Origin: Chiloscyllium plagiosum
Taxonomy: Eukaryota
DNA: 27,370 nucleotides
NCBI RefSeq assembly: GCF_004010195.1
Contig: NC_057755.1
Coordinates: 7,778,145 to 7,805,514, forward strand
Direction of reading: 5' to 3'
Made by a program: the position numbers and the translations under genes. The notes beneath the pieces were generated by a model. That model had not been told where the DNA came from. It did no database searches and saw only the letters and a list, made by a program, of their open reading frames with translations. Positions 9,959-21,769 of this stretch are shown one piece after another (within the stretch, counting starts at the first letter, position 1; each line of letters opens with the position of its first letter).

Positions 9959-11696
9959 CTCAGCTCTCGGCATTTGTGAAGTATGGGTCCCAATCGCTGC
10001 AGTCCTTCGTACTGAATGTAGCAATTCTCAAGATCAAGCTCTTTGATTGATTCACAGAATTCAATGACAAAACAGAGGACTACACAGTCTATTGGGGTCA
10101 GTCTCCAGTCACTTAATGAAAATATTTCCACATCTTTCACTGAGTTCCGTGTGAGTGATTTATTCTGAGACTCAAACAGGTAGTGCAATGTATTCAGGAG
10201 GTTTCTTTTACCAGTTATAGTCTTAGTGTTTCCAATCTGTCCTTTAACAATGTCATTCACCCAATCAACGACATGACAGACTGTCTGATGAAGAAACGGA
10301 CACAGAAACTCTTCCAGAGGATAAGCTGACTGTGGGGAGGAGAGGCCCACAACAAAACGGATGAAAATTTCAAATTGTCCATCTTCCTTACTATAGGCCT
10401 CAGTGAGCAATTTCTGAATGTCCCTGGGATCAGGAGTCAGGAATTGGGCAAGGGCCGCTACAAATTCTTGGATGGTGAGATGTGGGAATGTGTGGCACAC
10501 AATCTGTGCAGAATAATCTCTCTCCAAAAGTTCCATCATACATCCAGACAGGAACTGGGAAGGTTGCAGACTGTGCTGAATCAAGTCTCCAGTTCTAAAC
10601 ACAATCTTCTTCTCAGAGATGCCAGTGAAGGCCATCTCACCAAGCTTCAGAAACACATCACGGGGATTTTCAATCGGACGGCTGTGGTTTTTCAGAATGT
10701 TGTAAATGTAGTAGGAATACAGTTGGGTGATGGTCTTGGGAACCTGCTGCTGTTTCCTGTCCCTTTGTGTGAAGAAGGGACCCAGTGACAGACCGAGGAT
10801 CCAGCAGTACGAAGGGTTGTAGCACATGGTGTACAGGATCTCATTCTCCTCCACGTATTTGTAAACAGCTGCTGACACTGTCTGATCCTCAAAAAACCTG
10901 TTGAAATATTCCTTCCGTTTATCACGAACAAATCCCAGGACTTCAGCCCAGATACTGATCTCAGCCTTTTCCAATAAATGCAATCCAGTGGGACGGCTGG
11001 TCACTAGCACTGAACATCCAGGGAGCAGCTTGTGCTGGATTAAACTGTACACAATGTCAGACACTTCACACCAGCATTCAGGATCAGTGCACATGAACTG
11101 AGGTTCTGTATCTCTCCGACTGTCAGAAAAATCAATACTGTCCTTGAATTCATCCAAACCATCAAATATGAAGAGCAATCCCTCTGGGTTCTTCCAGAGT
11201 TCTTCCAGAGTATTCCCAAAGTAAGGATACTGATCCAATATCAGATTCCTCAGGTTTATCCGACAATTAAGAGCATTCAAATCTCGGAATTTAAAAATGA
11301 ATGCAAATTGGAAACCTGGGTATATTTTCCCAGTGGCCCAGTCATAAACCATTTTTTGTACCATTGTTGATTTTCCAATCCCTGGGACTCCACTTATTAC
11401 TGCTGAAATCCCAGGTTTGGACTTTCCCCTGGAAATGTTGCATTGGAACAACTGATCAACTTGGGTTTTTTCCAGTTCAGTTCGGAGAAGTTTCTCTCTC
11501 TGCTCTTCATGGTCTCGGCCTCTTGCTAGCAGTTCACCTTCTACAAGTGTCCGACCTCGAACAGGAGAAATAACTGCTAGCTCAGTGTATTGGTCAACCA
11601 GCTGGAAAATCTTCACCTTCTCCTTTATTAGGATAGTGTTCACTCTCAGTTTTTCAGTTTGGACCCGCAATGTCTCCTTGTGTTTCTGTTGAACAC
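9959..11696 (-). CDS. NLR main exon: FISNA-like region, NACHT NTPase, HD1/WHD/HD2 and first LRR (NLRP3/NLRC3-like shark NLR)
   Basis: ORF 9955..11730. Walker A GVPGIGKS, Walker B LLFIFDGLDEF, sensor-1 VLVTSRP, PSYCWI, winged-helix FPHLTIQEFVAA, C-terminal LRR IKELDLENCYI. Acceptor ctaattgaAG| and donor |GTAACT, 1738 bp, phase 1-2. Confidence 0.97.
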
Positions 11697-11989
11697 CTTC
11701 AATTAGAACAGGGAGAAAGCAATTTCCCAAGTTAGTTACATTAACATCGAAGAAAAATAAAAAGTCTAAATCCTTTACTTCTGTAACTGAATATATGTAA
11801 ATCTATAAACAAAATGTTGCATTACATGCACAGATTCAATACAGATTCGTGTAGAAGTTAAACTGCCGTCCAAGAAAACATCACTTGTAAATGAGAGATG
11901 GTTGAGAAAGAACTCAAATTCTTTTAGTTTTGGTTGTGGAAATTTCTAAAAAGATGACATATTCCCTTCAAGGTTTATACAGAGGCTTA

Positions 11990-12960
11990 TAACAGACATC
12001 ATCTTCCAAATTCTCACACGTAACTCATCTATCTCCCAAAGCCTACCTACAAATTGCAAGTCCAGCTGTGTGAATGGAATGCTCTCATTTGTTCGGATGA
12101 GAGAAGTTATAGAGTCATAGTGTCATACAGTACGGAAACTGACCCTTCAGTTCAACCAGTCCATGCCAAACATAATCCCAAACTAAACTAGTGCCAACTG
12201 CCTGTCCCAGCTCATATCCCTCCAAACCCTTCCTATTTATGTACTTATCCAAAAATCTTTTAAACATTGTAATTGTACCCACATCCATCACTTCCTCAGG
12301 AAGTTCATTCTAGACACAAACCACCCTCTGCATAAAAAAAAGACGCCCAGTCTTTTTTCAAATCTCTCTCCTTTTAATGTAAAAATGAGACCCCCTCATC
12401 TTGAAATCCCTATCCTAGGGAAAAGGCAACTACCATTAACCCTATCAATGCCCCTTGTTATTTTATTAGCTTCTATAAGGTCGCCTCTCAACCTCCTATG
12501 CTCCAGTGAAAAAGTCCCAGCCTATCCAGCCTTTCTTTACAACTCAAATCTTCCATACCTGCCAACATACTGCTAAAACTCTTCTGAACCCTCTCCAGCT
12601 ATAATAATATCCTTTCTATCACAGGAAGACTTCATCCTTGGCCACCATCCAGAACAAAGTATCCTGCTGGATTGGGAATGCTTATGTGATCTTCAACATT
12701 CACTCCATCCACCATGAACACAAGATGGCAGCAGTGTGCACCTCCTAGAAGATGCACTACCACAATTCACCTGATAGCTTAGACTGCACCTTCATAACCT
12801 GTAATTTGGAAGGACAAGGGCAACAGATGAATGGGATGACCACCACCTGAAAGTTTCCTTCTAAGTCAAACACTACCACAAAATTAATTCACAGTCGCTG
12901 CGCCAAAATCCTGGTACTCCCTGACGGTGTCCCAAAACTGGACACAAGGTACGTAGGGAT
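11990..12960 (+). mobile_element. Old non-LTR retrotransposon RT C-terminal/3' fragment, split by the CR1 at 12109-12625
   Basis: caagtccagctgtgtgaatggaatgctctc...[CR1]...ccatccagaacaaagtatcctgctggattgg resembles a decayed QVRS.MEY...TIQ.KA.RLIG LINE thumb motif. Confidence 0.45.
12109..12625 (-). mobile_element. CR1/HER1 LINE 3' fragment
   Basis: agagtcatag tail repeat plus ggaaactgacccttcag. Homologous to 13011-13530. Confidence 0.85.
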
Positions 12961-14311
12961 TGGCAAAAAATGCTTATCTAGGCAGTGATATCAACACTCA
13001 GGGTATTAAATTAGAGTCATAGAGATGTACAGCATGGAAACAGACCCTTCAGTCCAACGTGTCCATGCCAACCAGATATCCCAATCCAATCTAGTCCCAC
13101 CTGCCAGCACCCAGCCCATATCCCTCCAAACCCTTCCTATTCTTACACCCGTCCAAATGCCTCTTAAATGTTGCAATTGGACCAGCCTCCACCACATCCT
13201 CTGGCAGCTCATTCCATACACGTAATCACCCTCTGCGTGGAAAAGTTGCCCCTTAGGTCTCTTTTATATCTTTTCCCTCTCACCCTAAACCTATGCCCTC
13301 TAGTTCTGGATTCCCCGACCCCAGGGAAAAGACTTTGTCTATTTATCCTATCCCTGCCCCTCATAATTTTGTAAACCTCTATAAGATCACTCCTCAGCCT
13401 CCAGCGCACCAGCGAAAACAGCCCCAGCCTGTTCAGCCTCTCCCTGTAGCTCAAATCCTCCAACCCTGGCAACAGCCTTGTAAATCTTTTCTGAACCCTT
13501 TCAAGTTTCACAACATCTTTCCAATAGGAAGGAGACCAGAACTGCACGCAACATTCCAACAGTGGCCTAACCAATGTCCTGTACAGCTGCAACATGACCT
13601 CCCAACTCCTGTACTCAATACTCTGGCCTATAAAGGAAATCATACCAAACGCCTTCTGCACTATCCTATCTACCTGCGAATCCACTTTCAAGGAGCTATG
13701 AACCTGCACTCCAAGGTCTCTTTGTTCAGAAACACTCCCTAGGACCTTACCATTAAGTGTATAAGTCCTGCTAAGACTTGATTTCCCAAAATGCAGCACT
13801 TCACATTTATCTGAATTAAACTCCATCTGCCACTTCTCAGCCCATTGACCCATCTGGTCCAGATCCTGTTGTAATCTGAGGTAACCCTCTTCGCTGTCCA
13901 CTACACCTCCAATTTTGGTGTCATCTGCAAACTTACTAACTGTATCTCTTATGCTCGCATTCAAATCATTTATGTAAATGACAAAAAGTAGAGGGCCCAG
14001 CACCGATCCTTGTAGCACTCTACTGGTCACAGACCTCCAGTCTGAAAAACAACCCTCCACCACCACCCTCTGTCTTCTACTTTGAGCCAGTTGTGTATCC
14101 AAATGGCTAGTTCTCCCTGTATTCCATGAGATCGAACCTTGCTAATCAGTCTCCCATGGGGAACCTTGTCGAATGCCTTACTGAAGTCCATATGGATCAC
14201 ATCTACTGCTCTGCCCTCATCAATCTTCTTTGTTACTTCCTCAAAAAACTCAATCAAGTTTGTGAGACATGATTTCCCATGCACAAAGCCATATTGACTA
14301 TCTCTAATCAG

Positions 14312-14434
14312 CAGTTCAGGCAGCATCCAAGGAGCTTTGAAATCGACGTTTCGGGCAAAAGCCCTTCATCAGGCACCACTAATCCAGAATCTAGTTTCCA
14401 GCATCTGCAGTCATTGTTTTTACCTCGTTGATTT
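14312..14434. mobile_element. 123-bp Penelope terminal-repeat mini-element, 5'-inverted, 13-bp TSD
   Basis: 14312-14373 is the reverse complement of the 5' half and 14374-14434 is the forward 3' half. Flanks tatctctaatcag (14299-14311) and tatccctaatcag (14435-14447) duplicate the CR1 'LIRD' codons. Confidence 0.9.
14345..14372 (-). ncRNA. Minimal hammerhead ribozyme core (intact catalytic boxes)
   Basis: CTGATGA-a-GGGC-tttt-GCCC-GAAAC-GTC has a perfect helix II, palindromic ACGT helix III and a GUC cleavage triplet. The helix I 5' strand is lost at the inversion junction. Confidence 0.8.
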
Positions 14435-14859
14435 TATCCCTAATCAGTCCTTGCCTTTCCAAATATATGTACATCCTGTCCCTCAGGATTCCCTTCAACA
14501 ACTTGCCCACAACTGAAGTCAGGCTCACCGGTCTATAGTTCCCTGGCTTGTCTTTACCACCCTTCTTAAACTGTGGCACCACGTTTGCCAACCTCCAGCC
14601 TTTCGGCACCTCACCTGTGACTATCAGCAAGAGGCCCAGCAATCACTTCTCGCGCTTCTCACAGAGTTCTCGGGTACACCTGATGTTCACGTTTCCATTT
14701 AATAAACCAGAGAAAGATACAAATACAATTCACCACAATCCAAAATGTGTGGAAGGTTGCATTTAGCAAGGGAGACTGAATACGCCAGGACTCATCCCAC
14801 CGCTGAAGAGATAAGGGCGAGGTTCACTTCATAAAAGTATTTTATATTATGAATATGAT

Positions 14860-15120
14860 TGAAGGTTGACACAGTACATGAAGAGTGGAGGATTCCATAT
14901 GAAAATGAAAATAGTCACCAATAAATCCTGAAGGCAATTCAGGTGAAACTTCTTTACTCCAGAGAGATTTAGAATATGGACCTCACAACCAAAAGATTAG
15001 TTCAGATGAAAATATGGATGAAAGCTGGCTAAACAAACAGATGGGTTATGGAAATACAGGGAAGAGAAGGTGGACACAGAACAATTGAGCTGAATGGCCT
15101 GTGTCCATGGTATAGACTCA
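14860..15120 (+). mobile_element. Old CR1-like 3' fragment
   Basis: aacttctttactccagagag (NFFTQR-like) and terminal ttgagctgaatggcctgtgtcc. Confidence 0.55.
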
Positions 15121-15560
15121 AGAACTCAAGTCACTTAGTTTTTAATCTCTGCACTCAATCAGCAGGCAACAACCTAATATGTCAGACTCAAAGTGCAGTT
15201 AGAATTATATCTCAGGCGTACTGAAATACACTTTTAAGTGCATCAGGATCCAGCCAGGTGTATACAGGGTATCACAGTGTACCAGGATCCTCCATGTAAA
15301 ACTGATACCTAACAGTGATCAGCAGGTTCGTTTGACAAATTCATACAACTTCCACACATTTACTACATAGGGGAGAAACAGTATGAATTATAAGTTGAAT
15401 AGACACAAAATAGTTGAACTTCCAAACCAGTTGTAATCATAGTTCGCAGCTTGGGACTTCAATTCTCACATTTTGAAACTCTAAACAAATGGCTAAAGTC
15501 AAACACGCTGATGCACAGAAATGAAATAAAATTACTTAAGATTTCCATATTGTTAATTAC

Positions 15561-15626
15561 CTTTCAGATGACTGGGTATTTCAGATAAATTTCGGACCAT
15601 ATCCATGTAATTAAATTGATCAAGAC
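15561..15626 (-). CDS. NLR exon: 66-bp linker
   Basis: ctgcacAG|gtcttgat...ctgaaag|GTAATT, phase 1-1, open frame (G)LDQFNYMDMVRNLSEIPSHLK(G). Joins the flanking exons in frame. Not in the ORF track. Confidence 0.75.
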
Positions 15627-15729
15627 CTGTGCAGATTATTTAGATTTCATTAATTCAGATCTGTGTAACACTGTGGCAAAATATAGAGTGCTCCAATCTG
15701 AAATGAAATAGTGTGAGACTCTACTGTAC

Positions 15730-15901
15730 CATGTCCCTCTATTTCTTTCAGTATTTCATCCAACTTTGGCGAGGCATGGCGCTTTTTCACAAAGGACATC
15801 CACATCACCCTTTGGGCCTGAGGGTCTTTCTCCATCACCAGATTTAGCAGCAGTTTGGAACTGTCTGCCTGGTTTCCCTTCTCCACGAGCTCAGTGATTG
15901 C
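15730..15901 (-). CDS. NLR exon: N-terminal death-fold-like domain, part 2
   Basis: tctttccAG|gcaatcact...ggacatg|GTACAG, 172 bp, phase 0-1. AITELVEKGNQADSSKLLLNLVMEKDPQAQRVMWMSFVKKRHASPKLDEILKEIEGH has a CARD-like helix 4-6 pattern (LL.LV.EK). Confidence 0.87.
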
Positions 15902-16316
15902 CTGGAAAGAATAATCATTAACAGATTGAGTAGTGGAGTTAAAGATAAATATGGTGTATGAGAAGGAAAGGATCTCCGCAGCAATGGGATTCCCCAGTTA
16001 TTTTGAGCCTGGAAAGCAGTCACTTATCCTGATCCATGGTGAATATGGTGAGTACACTGTAAATCTCTTCTGGAAAGATGGGATCCCAAACATGCCATTT
16101 TGCCCTTGAGGATGGCCTTTCCATTAACTGTATCTCAGAGTTGCTTTCAGTATAGTTACTGGGCAATGTACTGATCCAGTCTGATCAAGGGCAAAATAGT
16201 GAAGAGCAGAAGTGGCCCATTCAGCTCCGCCAGCTTAATCTGTTCATCATTCAAAATCATGGTTCAAGTCAATAACCTTTTTCTGGAAAACACTTCACTT
16301 GTTTGCCTAATATCTT

Positions 16317-16388
16317 CCCGAAATGTCGATTTCGAAGCTCCTTGGATGCTGCCTGAACTGCTGTGCTCTTCCAGCACCACTAATCCAG
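16317..16388 (+). mobile_element. 72-bp Penelope terminal-repeat fragment, 13-bp TSD
   Basis: cccgaaatgtcgatttcgaagctccttggatgctgcctgaactgctgtgctcttccagcaccactaatccag, flanked by tgcctaatatctt (16304-16316) and tgcttaatatctt (16389-16401). Confidence 0.85.
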
Positions 16389-17430
16389 TGCTTAATATCT
16401 TGCGCAAAAGCACATGCTCATTGTTTAGGAAGACAATTATTTCAGCTCCAGACAATCACTGTAACAGTATCTCAGCACTGTGTCCTGGGACCAACTGTGT
16501 TCAACCATGTGCAGCAAGCCCTGGGTGACAGCCTGGATTGGGTTGACAAGTGAGAAGTAATGCTCATGGCACAGAATTGTCAATTGATCAGTTTCTGCAG
16601 TAAGAGCCCGATTTGCTGCCTTCCTTCCCCATTCAAGAGCATGACCATCTCTGTCTCACTATCACACTGAGCCTGATTCAAATTCAGCTACAACTGATCA
16701 GGTGAAGGCACAGAGATGTGAGGAAGAACCCAGACTCAAAAGGAACACAGATTTCAAGAGGCCATGGAGGGTTACAGAAACAGTCTGGATTGAGAACATG
16801 AATGGACTTAAACTGGAGGCAGGAAATTTAAATTAAAGTCATTTGAGCACCAGGAGCATTGAAGCAAGCACAAGAATACGAACTGAGTAGCAGGCAGGTG
16901 GGATACATGCAAAAGAGCTCTGGATGAGCTGAAGTTTAAATACGGTCACAGTGTTATTTAAATCATTATTGCTAAATGTGTCAAAGGCATGGATGAGAGT
17001 TTCATCAGACTGAGATAGGAGACACTGGATAATGTTATGGAGGATGAAACAAGCAACACTTGCGATGTAGAGGACAAAGAATTGAAAGCCCAGTCCACCA
17101 GCAAAGAAGACAGAGATAGTAAAGTTAGGTGCAGCTTCAGATTGTAGTTGGGGAAGGGAATTTATTGAGGTAGTGAAAGGGCAAAATTTCCTCTGAGCTG
17201 GTGACTTGTGAAGTATTGGTACAGCTAACGTCATCAGCATAAACAATTAAATATTTTTTAAAAAAATAAACCTTCAATAGTTTCAACCTATAGGAATTAG
17301 ACTCCATACTTCTGTGTCAAAGAGGTTATGTGGTCTCAGTTAACAGGTCAGCAGGACAACGGCAATGCATAAATGGGAACCCTCCAGAGTTCATACCACC
17401 CTGAACCTACACTGTTGTTCCCTCAATGGG

Positions 17431-17712
17431 CATAGAAACGTAGAATCCTTACAATGCAGAAACAGGCCTTTCGGTCCAACAAGTCCACATCGACCCTCCA
17501 AACAGTAACCCACCCAGACCCATTCCCCCTACCCTATATTTACCCCTGACTATTGCACCTTAACCTACACATTCTTGAACATTATGGCAAATTCATCTAA
17601 CCTGCACATCTTTGGACTGTGGAGGAGCACCCGGAGGAAATATGCTCAGACGTGAGGAGAATGTGCAATCTCCACATAGACCGAGGCTGGAATCAAACCC
17701 GGGTCCCTGGCA
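17431..17712 (-). mobile_element. HE1-type SINE, 5'-truncated
   Basis: gaaacaggcctttcggtccaac...ggagcacccggaggaaa...ggaatcaaacccgggtccctggc matches the reverse complement of 365-640. The A-box is missing. Confidence 0.88.
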
Positions 17713-17878
17713 TTGATGGGTAAAATAATAGGACTCTTTTCCCAACAGCAGCTTGGGTGTTCATACACGAAGGCTGGCAGCAGTTTAAGGCGATATCTCA
17801 CTACCCACTCCTCCCATGAATCAGGGATGGAAAATAATTATTGGCATAGTCAGTGATACACACATCCCACGAACAGGG

Positions 17879-18600
17879 TGTGGCCAAACAGGCTGCTTAT
17901 AAGAATGGAATTTTGAAAACTGGACAATAAATAAGACACGCTGGGAAACTGAGACAGACCTTGGCCAAAAGTGACTGTGCTTAAAGCCTCTGGAATAAAC
18001 ATGCTGCAGAATCTAGACAGGCTGCAGCTACAGACAGACAGTATGCAACTGACCCAGCAGCTTGAATTTGAATTGAATGGATTGACCTGAATGGCATTCC
18101 CAGGATAATCGGAAACATCGAGTTTTTCACCAGATAAAGGGGCACCTCACACCCTAATTTAAAAAGGGCTACCTGACCTACATGCCCCCAACACCTCCAG
18201 GAAGAGATGCCCAAAGACCAGCCTGCCAGCGACATGTCAACACCTGGTTGGGTCTGATCGATCAACCGGTGGACATTGTAGACTCTTGCAAAAGGCCACA
18301 ACGACTTCTAGGTAAAAGAATAGCTGCAACACCACCCTCAGGAGTGGTAACACGAGACCAACCACTATAAAGAGAAGACACCAAGAGTTAAGTTAAAGCA
18401 CAAGATAGTTGATTAGGCTTATAGTGTAAATTGTTAGTTTGTAGTGTATTTGTTGTTAAAGCATTGTGTTAAATAAATAAATATTATTGCTTCTTCTTAT
18501 TAAGAGTCAACTCGTAGTTTCTTTGCTAGATATGAGTTGAACACATCGGGTGGCAGACACACGAGGGATAAAGAAAAATCAGTTTTGTAGTGTTGAACAC
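17879..18600 (+). mobile_element. Possible solo LTR (boundaries uncertain)
   Basis: Begins TGTGG. TATA-like ctataaag at about 18365 is followed by a GT-rich tract and aataaataaa at about 18472. No convincing TSD found. Confidence 0.35.
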
Positions 18601-18989
18601 TATATTGATGGGAGGAACTTCAATGAAAATGTGCTAAACAGATTTAACATGGTGTGCAGTTACTATTAGAGAGAGGATTGAGAACTGTCAACTACTTCCA
18701 GTGGAGGTAAGGAGATTAAATGGGAAGTTTCTCTAATTCTAAAGGATAATGATCAAATAAATCTTTAGTGAGTGTTCGACAGATTACCCTGACAGCATGT
18801 GTTTACAGATGAATGCAAACCATTCTGAATGAAGGTCTTCACCAGACTGGCCTAAGTTTTGTTTCCTTTTGGTCAGGGCAGCTAATTTCTTTCAAGCGTT
18901 TTTGTTCTTGTGTATCTTATGTGTATGGCCTGTGTGGGAACTTTTGGCTTGATGTACGTCTGAGCCGATGAATATCTGAATAATGAACA

Positions 18990-19890
18990 AGCCACTCAGC
19001 CCTTCGAGCCTACTCTACCATTCAATACGATCACGACAGATCTCATTTTAACCCTAACTCTATATTCTTGGATATCTGATCATCTTTAATCCCCTTTGTG
19101 ATCAAGAATCTATCTACTTCTGCCTTAAAAATATTTAAACATTCTGCATCCACTGCCCTTTGACGAAAAGAATTCCAAAGACTCAACCTTCAGAGAAAAA
19201 AAGGTCCTCATCTGTTTTAAATGGATGCCCCTTTATTTTTAAATGATGACTCCTAGCTCTCAATTCTTCCACAAGTGGAAACATGCTTTTAAAAGTCATC
19301 TGGTCAATTCCCCTCAGGATCTTATATGTGTCAATTCAGTCACTTTGGACTCTTCTAAACTCTAGTGGATGCAGGTCTAGCATTCCTCTTAAAGCAATCC
19401 ACTCATTCCAAGTATTAGTGTACCAAACCTTCACTGAACTGCTTCCAACATGTTAACATCCTTACGTTGGCCTGTACTGCACACAGTACTCTAGATGCAG
19501 TCTTAAACATGCCATGTACAACTAAAGTATAACCTACCTATTCTTGCATTCAATTCTCCTCACTAAGAAACTCTATTGGGTTTCCTGATTACTTGCTGTA
19601 CCTGGCTGTTTAGCTTCAGCAGGGTTTTTCGGCAAACTAACCTTTTGTGGTTCATGCACGAGGACGACAAAATCTCTCTGCTTCTCAGAGCTCCACAATC
19701 TCTTACCATTTAGATTCTATACTCTTTTATTCTTCCTGCCAAAATAGACAATTTCACACTTTCTCTCATTGTACATTTACCAGATCTTCATCAGCTCACT
19801 TCATCTATTGATATCTCTTTATAGTTTCCTCATGACCTTTCCACAATTCACTTATCTTTATGTCATCAGCAAATTTAGCTACCACACCTC
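18990..19890 (-). mobile_element. Old CR1-like LINE 3' part
   Basis: ccactcagcccttcgagcc...ccattcaat 3' end, ctgcacacagtactctagatg (HLEYCVQ) and tgtcatcagcaaattt (KFADD) on the reverse strand. Confidence 0.75.
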
Positions 19891-19919
19891 TGTTATTCCT
19901 ATTCTCTGCCTTCTCATTC

Positions 19920-20430
19920 ATAAAGTACAAAAGAGGACCTTTGGACCAAAGAGTCTGTACTGCCAAAACTTACACTACTTTCTACCCGAATCCCACTTTG
20001 CCACACACAGACCATAGCCTTGAAAGCTTGAAATGCTGTAAAAGTACTTTTTCAAGGTTATCTGTTTCAACCACCATCTCAAGCAATGCATTCCACACCC
20101 CACTGTCTCCCAGGTAAAACAGTTTTTCCTTAAGTGCCCGCTGTGCCTCTTGCCTTTCACTTTCAAACTGTGTCCCCTTATACTTGAACCTTCAACGAAG
20201 GGGAAGAGTTGCTTTCTATCCTCATAATGTTACAGATCTTGACCAGATAACCCCTCAACTTTCTCTGCTCCAAAGGAAAAAAGCCTGAGCTTTTCCAGCC
20301 TATCTTCAATGCGGAACTGCCCCACACTCGTGAATCTTCTCTGCGCCCCATCCAGTGGAATTACTTCCTTCCTACACTGTACTCCAGCTGTATCCAACCA
20401 AAGTCTTGTACGGTTCCTTCTTGCTCTTGT
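19920..20430 (-). mobile_element. Old CR1-like LINE 3' fragment
   Basis: Reverse strand gives MKVKGKRHSGHLRKNCFT and QLEYSV, decayed CR1 ORF2 C-terminal motifs. Confidence 0.65.
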
Positions 20431-20462
20431 AATTTATGCTTTGACTGACAAAGGCAAAGAAG

Positions 20463-21300
20463 ACCATAAGGCATAGGAGCAGAAATTAGGCCATTCAGCC
20501 CATTGAGTTTGCTCCACCATTCAATCATGGCTGCAACATTTCTCAACCGCGTTCTCCTATTTTCTCCCCATAACCCTTGATGCTCAAGAACTAACTTCAG
20601 TCTTAAACATACCCAATGACCTGGCCTCCATAGCCTTCTGAAAATAATGAATCCCATAGATTCACCTCTCTCTGGCTGAAGAAGCTTCTCCTTATCTCCG
20701 TTCTAAAAGATCTTCCCTTTATTCTAAGATTATACCCTCAAGTTCAGTCACTGCTCCCATGGAAACATCTTCCCAACACCTACTTTGTCCAGGCCATTCA
20801 GTATTCCATATGTTTCAATTAGATCTCTCCCTCATCCTTCTAAACTCCATGAAGTATAGACCCAGAGTCTTCAAAAGTTCCTCATATGTTGAGCTTTTCA
20901 TTCCTGGGACTATTCTCGTGAACCTCCTCTGAACACACTCCAGGGCCACCCCATCCTTCCTGAGACTTAGTGCCCAAAACTGCACACAATGCTCTAAATG
21001 TAGTCTAACCAGCGTCTTATAGAGCCTCAGAAATGTGAGCATGACCTCACATTTCCCCATGTTGTACTCCACTTGTCATTTCTTTGCCCATTCTCCGAAC
21101 CTGTCCAAATCCTTCTGCAGCCTCCCTGCCTCTTCAGTACTACTTGTCCCTCTACCCACCTTTGTATCATCTGCAAACTTAGCCAGATCGTTAATGTATG
21201 ACGTGAAAAGTTGTGGTCCCAACACTGAGCCTTGCAGAACACCACTTGACAATGGCTGCCATCCTGAGAAGGACCTTTTTATCTCCACTGTGCCCATATG
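20463..21300 (-). mobile_element. CR1-like LINE with internal deletions (RT C-terminus plus 3' end)
   Basis: SGVLQGSVLGP..KFADDTK and LYKTLVRLHLEHCVQFW..VQRRFTR. Tail accataaggcataggagc. Confidence 0.85.
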
Positions 21301-21399
21301 CCTTCTTGTCCTCCTATCTCCTGTGTACAAACATCCCAAGATCCCTTTGTTCCTCTGAGATTCCAAGTGTCCTGCCATTCATTGAGTACTCAGTTAAAG

Positions 21400-21765
21400 A
21401 CAAAAGAAAACTGCAGATGCTGGAATCCCAGGTAGACAGGCAGGAGTCTGGAAAGACACAGCAAGCTAGGCAGCATCAGGAGTTGGAGAACTCAACATTT
21501 TGAGTATAATCCTTCTTCAGGAATGGAGGTAGGGTTAGAGTGAGCTGCAGACAAAGGTGGGGCTTTGGGCGGGTAGAGAGGCGAAATGGCGAGGTAGTGA
21601 TAGGACTATCTCACTCTTCCACACTCAAACCTACCCCCCACCTTTATCTGCAGCTCCCTCTAGCCCCACCTCCATTCCTGAAGAAGGATTACACCTGAAA
21701 CATTGACTTCTCCACCTCATGCTGCCTGGCTTGCTGTATTCTTCCAGCCTCCTGCCTATCTACTT
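21400..21765. mobile_element. Fold-back Penelope terminal-repeat element: two inverted arms, each with a CTGAAGA-type hammerhead remnant
   Basis: Left arm gtagacaggcaggagtctggaaagacacagcaagctaggcagcat...ccttcttcaggaatggaggt...ctgcagacaaaggtgggg is the imperfect reverse complement of right arm ccccacctttatctgcag...acctccattcctgaagaagg...atgctgcctggcttgctgtattcttccagcctcctgcctatctac. Confidence 0.85.
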
Positions 21766-21769
21766 ACCT

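Larger units (their letters stand above)
13011..14684 (-). mobile_element. CR1/HER1 LINE, 5'-truncated, RT domain, frameshifted, with insert at 14312-14434
   Basis: ORFs give NYRPVSLTSVVGK, QYGF..GKSCLTNL, DFSKAFDKVPH, QGSVLGP, SKFADDTK and LERVQKRFTR. 3' tail ctctatgactct. Confidence 0.96.

Noticed and set aside
10375..11573. Plus-strand and alternative-frame ORFs overlapping the NACHT exon
   Set aside because: Shadow frames of a real coding exon, with no motifs.
11697..11730. ORF-track start 'MGNCFLPVLIE' of the 591-aa ORF
   Set aside because: Non-ATG start lying in the intronic pyrimidine tract. The exon begins at the AG acceptor at 11696.
13209..14102. 297-aa RT ORF as an active or domesticated gene
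   Set aside because: Part of a 5'-truncated, frameshifted and interrupted CR1 copy.
17712..18612. attgatggg repeated at 17712 and 18604 as a TSD for the LTR-like region
   Set aside because: 9 bp is atypical for LTR elements, it does not abut TG..CA termini, and it may be chance.
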